Source: Candidatus Hydrothermarchaeota archaeon (GTDB taxonomy: Archaea; CAYFZR01). From it: a stretch of 64,000 nucleotides of DNA. The notes beneath the pieces were generated by a model that saw only the letters and a program-made list of their open reading frames with translations, was not told where the DNA came from and did not search any database. Both the position numbers and the translations under genes were made by a program. Below, piece after piece: positions 28,092 to 36,611 of this stretch; position 1 is the first letter of the stretch; each line of letters starts with the position of its first letter. The stretch lies in NCBI GenBank assembly GCA_046760505.1, contig JBHIEG010000006.1, positions 9,212-73,211 on the forward strand, in the 5' to 3' direction.

Positions 28092-28472
28092 CTATTTCAT
28101 CATTTCTGTCAGGATCTTCAAGATTTCTGCCTCATCTATGGGCACGTACATGACTTTACTCTTGTTTTTTGATTGAATTAGCAATGCTGGCAATTCTTTG
28201 ATACCGTATTTCCATCTGAGCAACGTCAATTTGAAGCCCAGATAGAGCCTGTATGGTTTGCTTGTTTGGAAGGTTGAGTTTGGGTTTATCTCGCCAAAAA
28301 CATCAACTTGGATGTCAGTACCTCTCACAATTTTTCTTACAGTCTTTTCCAATTTTTTGCTTTCTTCAGTCTGGACTACCTGAGTTGCCCATCCTGGAGC
28401 GCTTCCACCAGCTCCACCAACACCAACCAACTTCGTTACTGCTTTTTTAAAAATCGTTATTCTCAGTGACAT
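28092..28472 (-). CDS. Hypothetical protein
   Basis: ORF with ATG 28472 (the track uses TTG 28484). Gly-rich GVGGAGGSAPGW segment. No known motif. Confidence 0.4.
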   Translation of the reverse strand: MSLRITIFKKAVTKLVGVGGAGGSAPGWATQVVQTEESKKLEKTVRKIVRGTDIQVDVFGEINPNSTFQTSKPYRLYLGFKLTLLRWKYGIKELPALLIQSKNKSKVMYVPIDEAEILKILTEMMK

Positions 28473-28516
28473 AGTTATCTTCAAATTCTATTAGATCCTA
28501 TAGTTGATCTATTTTT

Positions 28517-28559
28517 ATCTTATATTCGTCTTTTCATCTTATATTCATCAACTTATATT
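28517..28559. repeat. Three direct copies of CTTATATT (two as ATCTTATATTC) at 19- and 14-nt spacing
   Basis: Copies at 28517-28527, 28536-28546 and 28552-28559. Adjacent inverted repeat TAGATC(8 nt)GATCTA at 28492-28511. Confidence 0.5.
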
Positions 28560-28564
28560 AATTC

Positions 28565-30118
28565 TCAGTGGGAGAGGTGTCTTACTCCCGTAAAAACCAT
28601 AGAGATCTCATGTTCATTCACTGCTCTTATTACCTCTTCATCTCTTATGGATCCCCCAGGCTGAATTATCGCGGTTATGCCTGCCTCAGCTGCAACATCG
28701 ATTCCGTCTCTAAAGGGAAAGAAGGCGTCTGACGCGAGAACACTTCCCTCTGTAGAAAAACCGGCCATTCTAGCCTTTTCAACTGCTATCCTCACCGAAT
28801 CGACCCTGCTCGTTTGACCTGCCCCTATCCCTATCACTTGGTTAGGGATTGCGAGGACTATTGCGTTTGATCTCACGTTTCTTATGAACTTCCATGCAAA
28901 CATCATTGCATCTATTTCTTCTTCAGTGGGTTTTTTATGGCTTACAACCTTTAAATCCTCCCTTTTTAATTTGATTTGATCGTAACTCTGGCACAATAAA
29001 CCTCCGATTATTCCTCTGATCTCTTTTCCTCCATAAATGTCGAGGTTCCAAATTTCAGAAATGTCGATCAGCCTTATATTCTTCTTTTGTTTCAGTACAT
29101 TTAAGGCATCATCGCTGAATCCTGGAGCAGAGACCACTTCTATGAATTGTTTATTTATTTCTATAGCGGTTTCTTCATCTACTTCTCTGCTCAAAGCAAC
29201 AATTCCTCCAAAGGCGGATACAGGATCCGTTGAGAGAGCTTTTCTATATGCATCGCTCAGTTTTTTTCCTTTTGCGCCGCCACATGGATTTAGGTGTTTT
29301 ACAATGACGCAGGCGATATCATCTCTAAATTCGTATATTAACCTTAGTGAGGCATCTATGTCAAGAATATTGTTGTAGGAAAGCTTTTTTCCATGAATTT
29401 TCTTTATCTTGGAAAAGTTCACCTCGGCATTCTTATCAATGAATAAAGAAGCTGTTTGATGGGGATTTTCACCGTACCTTAACTCTTCTTTTTTTTCGTA
29501 TGTGAGTATCAATCTATCCGGGTAATCATCCCTTAGGAAATAATTGTATATCTGTGCATCATATTCCGCGGTTCTTTGAAATGCCTCCACGAACAATTCA
29601 TATCTTGTATCTCTACTGATCGTTCCATTTTCCCTGAGTTCTTTCAGTATTCTATCATATTTAGAGGGATTCACCAGAACAACCACGTTTTCAAAATTTT
29701 TTGCTGCAGCCCTAATTAGAGCAGGCCCTCCAATATCGATGTTTTCTAGTATATCCTCCAAAGAATCCTTTTTCTTAATTTTCTCTTCAAATGGATAGAG
29801 ATTTACAACTACCATATCTATAGAAGGTATGTTATACTTAATAATCGTCTCTTCATCTTCTCTTCTATTTCTCCTCCATAGTATGCCGGCGTGTACTTTT
29901 GGATGGAGCGTTTTAACTCTTCCGTTTAATATCTCAGGAAAGCCTGTGTAATCTGAAACTTCCGTTACAGGTATTCCTGATTTTTTCAAAAGTTTTGCAG
30001 TTCCTCCCGTAGATAAAATTTCTATACCTAATTCAGTTAATCCTTTAGAAAATTCAACTATGCCTGTTTTGTCGTAAACGCTTATCAGGGCTTTTTTCAC
30101 AGGAAGCTCGCTCCTCAA
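28565..30118 (-). CDS. purH: Bifunctional AICAR transformylase / IMP cyclohydrolase
   Basis: ALISVYDKTGIVEF (MGS-like IMPCH domain), VIVKHLNPCGGA (transformylase KH motif), C-terminal FTGVRHLSH. TTG start 7 nt after GGGG of GGGGTGATCA. Confidence 0.95.
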   Translation of the reverse strand: MRSELPVKKALISVYDKTGIVEFSKGLTELGIEILSTGGTAKLLKKSGIPVTEVSDYTGFPEILNGRVKTLHPKVHAGILWRRNRREDEETIIKYNIPSIDMVVVNLYPFEEKIKKKDSLEDILENIDIGGPALIRAAAKNFENVVVLVNPSKYDRILKELRENGTISRDTRYELFVEAFQRTAEYDAQIYNYFLRDDYPDRLILTYEKKEELRYGENPHQTASLFIDKNAEVNFSKIKKIHGKKLSYNNILDIDASLRLIYEFRDDIACVIVKHLNPCGGAKGKKLSDAYRKALSTDPVSAFGGIVALSREVDEETAIEINKQFIEVVSAPGFSDDALNVLKQKKNIRLIDISEIWNLDIYGGKEIRGIIGGLLCQSYDQIKLKREDLKVVSHKKPTEEEIDAMMFAWKFIRNVRSNAIVLAIPNQVIGIGAGQTSRVDSVRIAVEKARMAGFSTEGSVLASDAFFPFRDGIDVAAEAGITAIIQPGGSIRDEEVIRAVNEHEISMVFTGVRHLSH

Positions 30119-30128
30119 ATGATCACCC

Positions 30129-31190
30129 CTAGCTGATTAAATCTTCCAATCTATCCATCTCTATGGCCTTTTTGATCTCCATTGCTATTCTCCTACCCAT
30201 GCTGACATTCTCTCCATAAAGAAGGTAGGAATAGGGTGAGCCACCTACATAAAGATTTGTGCCAGCCACTATTCTGGCAGAAATTTCGAACGTTATAAAT
30301 TCCATTTTTTCAGTGCAAACCGTTTCAATGCAAAATGGTCCTATTATTCCTGGAGGACAAAGTTCCTTAGAGGCTTCAACGACCCTGTCACCCATCTCAA
30401 ATACCTGCTGAAGCAATGCCTCTCTAACAACTATAGGCGAATTACCCACCACAATGTATGTTGGATCTAAGTCAAGTTCTAACTGGTTTTTAGCAGGAAT
30501 TCTAGTTAATCCATCTACATTGGTCTCGTATCTGACATCTATGCCGAATAATTCGACCTCATCCCTTAAGGGAGAGTAGAAGTATGAAAGGTAAAAATTT
30601 ACCCCAGGAATGTATTCCTGAATTGTAACGTCTTTGAAGTCTTCTTCTGTTATTAATCCCATTTTGACCATTTCTTCTGCTTTCTTATGAAACGAGTCAG
30701 GACCTTTTAGCAAGAAGTATCCCTCACCGCCTCTTGCACCTGGAAACTTAACGATTGCTAGGTTTTCTACTTCCTTCGGATGATTGTATTCTTTTGGAAT
30801 CTTAAGATTTGATTTTTCCAGCCATTTCCTCTCTAGTTTTCTATCTGCTTCCCAGCGCAATATTTTCCTATTTCCAAACATTGGTACCTGAAGTTCTTCT
30901 TCTACACATTTTATGCCCAAATAAGCAACAAAGGATCCGTGTGGTATGATTATTGCATTTAAATCTAGTAACTTCTCTTGGACCTCTGCATCTGTTATGT
31001 TTTTGAAACTTTCTAAAACAATAGTCTCATCACATACCCTAAAACGTTTATAGGGCGTTTCTCTTCCTCTTTCAACTATAGCCAATGTCTTGAAACCTTC
31101 TTCTTTTGCACCCTTCAATATTTGCAGTGCAGAATGACTTCCTAAAGTTGCGATAACCATATCTTTTTCTTTCTTCATGATCTCACGCAT
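30129..31190 (-). CDS. purP: Formate-dependent FAICAR synthetase (ATP-grasp)
   Basis: IATLGSHSALQILKGAKEEGF N-terminus. About 350 aa. TAG stop. Confidence 0.85.
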   Translation of the reverse strand: MREIMKKEKDMVIATLGSHSALQILKGAKEEGFKTLAIVERGRETPYKRFRVCDETIVLESFKNITDAEVQEKLLDLNAIIIPHGSFVAYLGIKCVEEELQVPMFGNRKILRWEADRKLERKWLEKSNLKIPKEYNHPKEVENLAIVKFPGARGGEGYFLLKGPDSFHKKAEEMVKMGLITEEDFKDVTIQEYIPGVNFYLSYFYSPLRDEVELFGIDVRYETNVDGLTRIPAKNQLELDLDPTYIVVGNSPIVVREALLQQVFEMGDRVVEASKELCPPGIIGPFCIETVCTEKMEFITFEISARIVAGTNLYVGGSPYSYLLYGENVSMGRRIAMEIKKAIEMDRLEDLIS

Positions 31191-31306
31191 TTTATATTTT
31201 TAAAACTATTTTCTTCCACTATCACTCCACAATCCCTTCTTGAGGTACTCTCCATGGCCATATGTCACCTCTAAATCACTATTATATCCGGTCCTATTAC
31301 ATTCAC

Positions 31307-32227
31307 TTACATAATATCTATCAATACATTTCCAGCCTTTTTGGTGCCATCTCTGTCGCTTCCTGCCACCAATATGATATCTTTGCCCTTTCCAAACGGA
31401 TTTTTAATATACTGGAGGGTACCTTTTCCCCACCCGGGATTTGCATTACTCACAATTACAGGCATTTTATTTAAAATGGAGACGCTTATTTTGTTTACAA
31501 CAGGACCTCCCACCACTATCATGTGATACTTTGAGTAAGTTTCTTCAGTAACTGACGTATCATTTATTATCTGAGGGAGACGTTCCAGTGCATATTTCTT
31601 ATCTTCAGAGATTTTTCTAGCAGTTTCACGATCTAATTCTGGAGCATTCTCTCCCACCACTATGACAAACGTTGGATTTCGCCCTTTTCTGTAGTCAAAC
31701 CTTGAGATACTAAATGGGTCTGATACAACTACGTCTTTCGGTTTTACGTGATATTCAAGCATCTTAATCTCGTATGCTGGTAGTTTGCTATCCTTGTATA
31801 TCGTTACGCAATCGTTTTCTGGATTGTATTCCTTCCATCCAATTGTAATTGAGAGTTCGTTGTCTCCTTTTTTGAGTATTCTTCCATATCCGGAGAAGCC
31901 TTTCCAGCCACTTCCTACCCTACTCGCTGTAGATCCTATTGTTTGCCCGTTTAGATGAACGGTTACTAGTTGGTTTCCTATTTCCTCATTTTCCCACTCT
32001 AAATGAAGATAAACGCTTACATGCTTCAAGGGCTCTATAACTGGGTAGCCACCGTACTCGGGTATCCTAAATCTATAAACTATTTTTTTCGAGGATTTAT
32101 CGTGGGTACAAATCTCTTTATCCCCGTATCCCATATCCGAAAAGGATAGGCTCACGGTTTTAACGGTTACGAGTTGAGCGAAAGATACAGAGATTAAAAA
32201 TAGAGTTAAAAATATCACCTTTTTCAT
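31307..32227 (-). CDS. Secreted hypothetical protein
   Basis: Signal peptide MKKVIFLTLFLISVSFAQ. ATG 32227 lies 7 nt after AAGGTG. Confidence 0.5.
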   Translation of the reverse strand: MKKVIFLTLFLISVSFAQLVTVKTVSLSFSDMGYGDKEICTHDKSSKKIVYRFRIPEYGGYPVIEPLKHVSVYLHLEWENEEIGNQLVTVHLNGQTIGSTASRVGSGWKGFSGYGRILKKGDNELSITIGWKEYNPENDCVTIYKDSKLPAYEIKMLEYHVKPKDVVVSDPFSISRFDYRKGRNPTFVIVVGENAPELDRETARKISEDKKYALERLPQIINDTSVTEETYSKYHMIVVGGPVVNKISVSILNKMPVIVSNANPGWGKGTLQYIKNPFGKGKDIILVAGSDRDGTKKAGNVLIDIM

Positions 32228-32259
32228 GATCACACACCTTTAAATGAAGATGAGAAAAG

Positions 32260-32269
32260 ATATATAAAA
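32260..32269 (+). promoter_or_regulatory. TATA box (ATATATAAAA) for tRNA-Gln
   Basis: Ends 26 nt upstream of the mature tRNA 5' end. Confidence 0.5.
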
Positions 32270-32295
32270 GGTATCCGATTCAACTATTTGAGAGT

Positions 32296-32368
32296 AGCCC
32301 GGTAGGGTAGTGGTCAATCCTGCCGGCCTTTGGAGCCGGCGACGGCGGTTCGAACCCGCCCCGGGCTA
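32296..32368 (+). tRNA. tRNA-Gln (anticodon UUG), no intron, no encoded CCA
   Basis: Acceptor AGCCCGG/CCGGGCT, anticodon stem CCGGC/GCCGG with loop CTTTGGA, T-arm GGCGG-TTCGAAC-CCGCC, discriminator A. Confidence 0.9.
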
Positions 32369-32426
32369 TTAGATTCAGCCCTCTTATATATCTACTCCAT
32401 GACCGGTAAAAAACAATTATCCTCTT

Positions 32427-33137
32427 TTATTTACCTAGAAACTTCATAGAATCCAAATCAACAACCTTTGCGCGAACATAATAATCAGAAAATCTCAAAT
32501 ATTTTTTTCCTCGAAAAATTAGTAGTCCTGCTAGCAGGTCTAATGGTAGCAAAAATACCTTTCCTATATTTCTTAGCGAACTCTCGACTAAATTGAGTTT
32601 TCTGCCATTCTCCTTTAGTACCTTAATTCCTATTAGGTACTTGCCAATTGTTTGACCGTTGTAGGTTTCCATTAGTACCAGAACTATGAGATCAAAAGCG
32701 ACCAAGCCTTGAGCGTAGATTATAATCTCGATAATATTTATCCCGTGCTTAAGAATTGGAACCCACATACCTACAAGTACTATGAGTGATACCGGGAGAA
32801 CCACCAGTATCATAAAATCTATAATTGTGGCTGCAAATCTGTTTAAAATAGATGTTTGCGGCTCGATTATAACTTGCTCATCGCTGATTTTTTTAATTTC
32901 TTTTATTACGTTGTAAGCAATCTTTCCTTTGTCCGTCAATATGTACGTTCCTTGTCCTGTTGTCTTGCACAGTCCCCTCATTTTCCTAAGGTGGAAATTG
33001 AGTTGTCCCGTATCTATTTTTAGGGTGCTCAACATCTCAGTATAGGATAGTTCGGTGTTCTCGTGGAGCAACTCGATTATACTTCTTCTAATTGGATGAG
33101 AAAGGGTTTTGAATATATCATCTTCCTCCTTAGCCAC
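32427..33137 (-). CDS. ArsR-type winged-helix regulator fused to an RDD-family membrane domain
   Basis: IFKTLSHPIRRSIIELL...LSYTEMLSTLKIDTGQLNFHLRKM followed by TM segments (RFAATIIDFMILVV...). GTG 33137 follows GAGGTGA. The track start at 33251 is unlikely. Confidence 0.65.
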   Translation of the reverse strand: MAKEEDDIFKTLSHPIRRSIIELLHENTELSYTEMLSTLKIDTGQLNFHLRKMRGLCKTTGQGTYILTDKGKIAYNVIKEIKKISDEQVIIEPQTSILNRFAATIIDFMILVVLPVSLIVLVGMWVPILKHGINIIEIIIYAQGLVAFDLIVLVLMETYNGQTIGKYLIGIKVLKENGRKLNLVESSLRNIGKVFLLPLDLLAGLLIFRGKKYLRFSDYYVRAKVVDLDSMKFLGK

Positions 33138-33398
33138 GATTTCACCTCTATTTTGACAACAATCTATTTTAATCAAGTTATTGATACCAAGAAATTTTTC
33201 ATAAGAGTATTTTCCGTTTATTATGATATAAAAATAGTATTGTTTATTCAAAAGTGTGTGAGAAACTCAAGGTTTCCTTGAAAAATATTCCTCATTCGTT
33301 GGGAAACATTATTCTCAAAAAACCTTATAACCAAGTTATATGTTATAGTTTAAAATATAATAGTGCCGAAGAAAACCTGAAAAAAGATGGGGGAGAAA

Positions 33399-34547
33399 AT
33401 GAAGGCAACCAAATACCTACTGTTTTTGGCTCTACTGACATTACTTCCTTTAGCAGTAGCCTCTCCAGAGGAATATGTTGGCGCTGAGAAATGTAAGATG
33501 TGTCACAAAGATGTCTATGAAGAATGGAAAGAATCTGGCCATCCATACATCATAAGAACAGCGGAAGAAGCCAAAGAAGCAGGACTTCCTTTACCGCCTG
33601 GCTACACATGGGATGATATATCTCATGTTATTGGAGGTTACAAGTGGAAGGCCCGGTATTTAGATAAAAACGGATACTTCATCACAAAAACAAAAGCAGG
33701 TAAGAATGGATCCAACCAATACAATCTAGAAACCAAAACATGGTCTGATTACCATCCAGGAGAAATCAAAAAATATAACTGCGGAAAGTGCCACACCACG
33801 GGATACTCTCCAGAAGGACATATGCACGGTATGGAAGGAATAGTTGGCACATGGGTTTATCATGGAGTTCAGTGCGAGGTGTGTCATGGACCGGGAAGCG
33901 AGCACATCGCAAAAGGAGGAGATAAAACCTTAATTATCAAAGATACATCATCGGCCCTCTGTGGAAAATGCCATATCAGAGGAGACAAGAATACAATTCC
34001 AGCAAAAGGAGGATTCATAAGACACCATGAGCAGTACAATGAATTATTAGCGAGTCCCAAAAAGGACTTTGAATGCGTAGCGTGTCATGATCCGCATAAG
34101 AAATCGGAGCTCTCTATAAAAGTTGGTTGTGCTTCCTGTCATGCAGAGGAAGGCAATGAGTTCAACGGAAGCCTCATGCAAAAAGCAGGCGTAAAATGCA
34201 TAGACTGTCACATGGCTGAGGCTGCAAAATCTGCTATCGCTCGCTCAACGTTCCAAGGGGACGTTAAAACTCATCTCTTCAAAATAAACATTGATCCTGA
34301 CGCAAAGATGTTTACAGAAGACGGAAAGTTTGCGTTAGGATATTTAACCGTGGAATACGCTTGCTTGAAGTGCCATACTGACAAGGACAAGAGTTGGGCA
34401 TTAAAATACGCTGAAGGCATTCATGCATTAAAAGAAGTTCCTAAGCCACCTGCTCCGCCTGCAGCCAAGCCGACTTGCGGACCCACGTTGCTGCTGCTAT
34501 TGGCTTCGCTAACAGCGTTGCTAATTGGACTAAAAAGAAGGAAATAA
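33399..34547 (+). CDS. Octaheme c-type cytochrome, secreted, with CGP-type C-terminal anchor
   Basis: Signal peptide MKATKYLLFLALLTLLPLAVA. Eight CxxCH motifs (CKMCH, CGKCH, CEVCH, CGKCH, CVACH, CASCH, CIDCH, CLKCH). C-terminus PPAPPAAKPTCGPTLLLLLASLTALLIGLKRRK. Confidence 0.85.
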   Translation: MKATKYLLFLALLTLLPLAVASPEEYVGAEKCKMCHKDVYEEWKESGHPYIIRTAEEAKEAGLPLPPGYTWDDISHVIGGYKWKARYLDKNGYFITKTKAGKNGSNQYNLETKTWSDYHPGEIKKYNCGKCHTTGYSPEGHMHGMEGIVGTWVYHGVQCEVCHGPGSEHIAKGGDKTLIIKDTSSALCGKCHIRGDKNTIPAKGGFIRHHEQYNELLASPKKDFECVACHDPHKKSELSIKVGCASCHAEEGNEFNGSLMQKAGVKCIDCHMAEAAKSAIARSTFQGDVKTHLFKINIDPDAKMFTEDGKFALGYLTVEYACLKCHTDKDKSWALKYAEGIHALKEVPKPPAPPAAKPTCGPTLLLLLASLTALLIGLKRRK

Positions 34548-34558
34548 GCCTTCTTTTT

Positions 34559-35410
34559 TTATTTTTTATTTATAGGTTGCAATCTCCCTTTTTCGTTGAT
34601 TTTAAAGACGTATAAACCAACAATAAGCCAGTAAATTAAGTAGGAAAAAGCCTCCAACAGAGAGGGATCCCCGTTGTATCCGAATAGAGATTTCATTGTC
34701 GAGCCTATTATACCTTTCTCATGCATCGGAGGATAGCTTCCGTCTGGATTTAATGCTGGATTGATGTCCCAAAGGTGCTCAACAAAAACTGGCAGTACGT
34801 TAGCCTCTTGGAGTTCGTGAACTCCTTGCGCAGTAAGTCCAGAGGCAAAGAATATCAATATTGTGCTTGTATAAATGAAGAACTTCCTGTAATCAAGTCT
34901 ATATGTTCCCTTTAATAATAAAACACCCAGTACGATAACAGAAACAAGACCTCCAAAAAAACCTATGAGAGTATCAGCCGGAGAGATCATTGCCAAGGTA
35001 CCCAAAAAGAGAACTGTTTCAACTCCTTCTCTGAAAACAGATAGGAATGCTATGCTTGCTATCCCAAATAAATGCCTAGATGAAATAGCAAAATCTATCT
35101 TCTCCTGCAACTCTCCTTTTATTAAATAAGCCTGCCTTGACATCCAAAATATCATATAAGTTAGTACAGTTGCTGCAAAGAGCATTACTACGCCTTCAAA
35201 GAGTTTTTCTGCCTTCCCTTCAAAACCACCGTAAAGTCCTTTAAAAATAAAAGCAACCACAATGCTTGCTATTAAAGCAGAGGCAGTTCCTATGTATAGA
35301 AACTTGTTTAAATCTCTCCTTCCTATCTTTGCTAAATAGGCTGCAATTATTCCTATAATGAGCGCTGCTTCCATTCCTTCTCTTAAAGTAATTATGAAAC
35401 TCACGAGCAT
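34559..35410 (-). CDS. FTR1/EfeU-family high-affinity iron permease
   Basis: Two REGxE motifs (REGMEAALI, REGVETVLF) in a 7-TM-like protein. Confidence 0.85.
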   Translation of the reverse strand: MLVSFIITLREGMEAALIIGIIAAYLAKIGRRDLNKFLYIGTASALIASIVVAFIFKGLYGGFEGKAEKLFEGVVMLFAATVLTYMIFWMSRQAYLIKGELQEKIDFAISSRHLFGIASIAFLSVFREGVETVLFLGTLAMISPADTLIGFFGGLVSVIVLGVLLLKGTYRLDYRKFFIYTSTILIFFASGLTAQGVHELQEANVLPVFVEHLWDINPALNPDGSYPPMHEKGIIGSTMKSLFGYNGDPSLLEAFSYLIYWLIVGLYVFKINEKGRLQPINKK

Positions 35411-35424
35411 AATTTCATATATTT

Positions 35425-35440
35425 TTAGGGTAACCTAAAT
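35425..35440. promoter_or_regulatory. Imperfect inverted repeat TTTAGG-GTAA-CCTAAA between TATA box and FTR1 start
   Basis: Abuts the TATATAAT box (35440-35447, minus strand). The ATG 35410 is 29 nt from the box. Confidence 0.35.
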
Positions 35441-35496
35441 TATATACGTTTCGATTTTTAAACAGTAAAAATAACTAGAGGAGATTTTTTGAATCG

Positions 35497-36543
35497 CTAA
35501 TCAATTTCTATTATTTCATATTCATCAGAGCCAAGATTATGATTCTTAGCGGCTTGTAATTGATAGTCCGAGTGAGTCCAATTGAATATGGACCCAAACT
35601 TCTCTCCGGATATTCCCTGAGCCATAGAATTCGGTAAACAGGGACTTTCATTTACAAAGTCTATGGAAGCCTTTTCTATCGCAAGTATATCTTCAGAGGC
35701 TAAAATACCGACGTCAGGCACGATTGGATTATCTGAATAAGGACAGCAATCGCAGTGGGGTGTTATATCGAGTAAAAAATTGAAGAAGACGAAGTTTTCT
35801 TTTCCTACAAGTTTAAAAACTGCTTTTGCACAGTCTATAATTCTTTCTGATAGATCTTTTCCGGTTATCCATTTTAATACTATCGCATTTTCCCTACATA
35901 CTTCAAAGCATCCGTTGCACTTAAGGCACAATGAATCAACTACCTTGTATTCTTGAATGGCATTCCCAGGACATATATCCACGCATTTATCGCATCTTGT
36001 ACATAGATTCTCATCAATTACAGGGAGTTCGTATAGATGGATATCGAACTTAGATGGTTTTGCAATACATCCAACACCTATGTTTTTTAGTGCTCCTCCA
36101 AAGGCTCCTCTGAAATGTCCCTTGAAGTGCGCTAGAGATATTACCTTGTCTACTTCATCAAAGATTTTGGCGACATATACTTTCTTTAGGTGAAAACCAT
36201 CCACTTCAACCTCTATGTAATCAAATCCCTTCAATCCATCCGCTATTATTATGGGTGCGCTTAAAGTTTGAGATGTATATCCGTTTTCCTCAGCAATCTT
36301 CATCCTTCCTAGGGCAAAACTTCTGTCATCTGTAAAGCCTAATCCTGTTGTCTCCGTTACAAAAGGTTCACCGCCCTTTTCTTTCACAATTTGTGCAATC
36401 TTTCTGATATATACGGATCTAAGGGGTTTTGTGGTTCCGTGCACGCCGAAGTGTGTCTTTAAAGCGACAACATCTCCTCTTTCGATAAAGTCTAATATTC
36501 CACTTTTTCTTATTAGCCTCTCTAACTTATTTACCATGCTCAA
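35497..36543 (-). CDS. DUF362-family protein with inserted 2x[4Fe-4S] ferredoxin domain
   Basis: CTRCDKCVDICPGNAI and CLKCNGCFEVCRENAI. N-terminal GDVVALKTHFG pattern. Confidence 0.75.
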   Translation of the reverse strand: MSMVNKLERLIRKSGILDFIERGDVVALKTHFGVHGTTKPLRSVYIRKIAQIVKEKGGEPFVTETTGLGFTDDRSFALGRMKIAEENGYTSQTLSAPIIIADGLKGFDYIEVEVDGFHLKKVYVAKIFDEVDKVISLAHFKGHFRGAFGGALKNIGVGCIAKPSKFDIHLYELPVIDENLCTRCDKCVDICPGNAIQEYKVVDSLCLKCNGCFEVCRENAIVLKWITGKDLSERIIDCAKAVFKLVGKENFVFFNFLLDITPHCDCCPYSDNPIVPDVGILASEDILAIEKASIDFVNESPCLPNSMAQGISGEKFGSIFNWTHSDYQLQAAKNHNLGSDEYEIIEID

Positions 36544-36611
36544 ATGCGGCTGATACCATCTTTCAGGCGTTTCTACGGGAGCACGAGAGTTTGCAAAGAA
36601 GACTTTGGCTC

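Noticed and set aside
32369-33251. Integrated element at tRNA-Gln
   Set aside because: There is no integrase, no phage or plasmid genes, and I could not see a duplicated copy of the tRNA 3' end downstream. The flanking genes look chromosomal.
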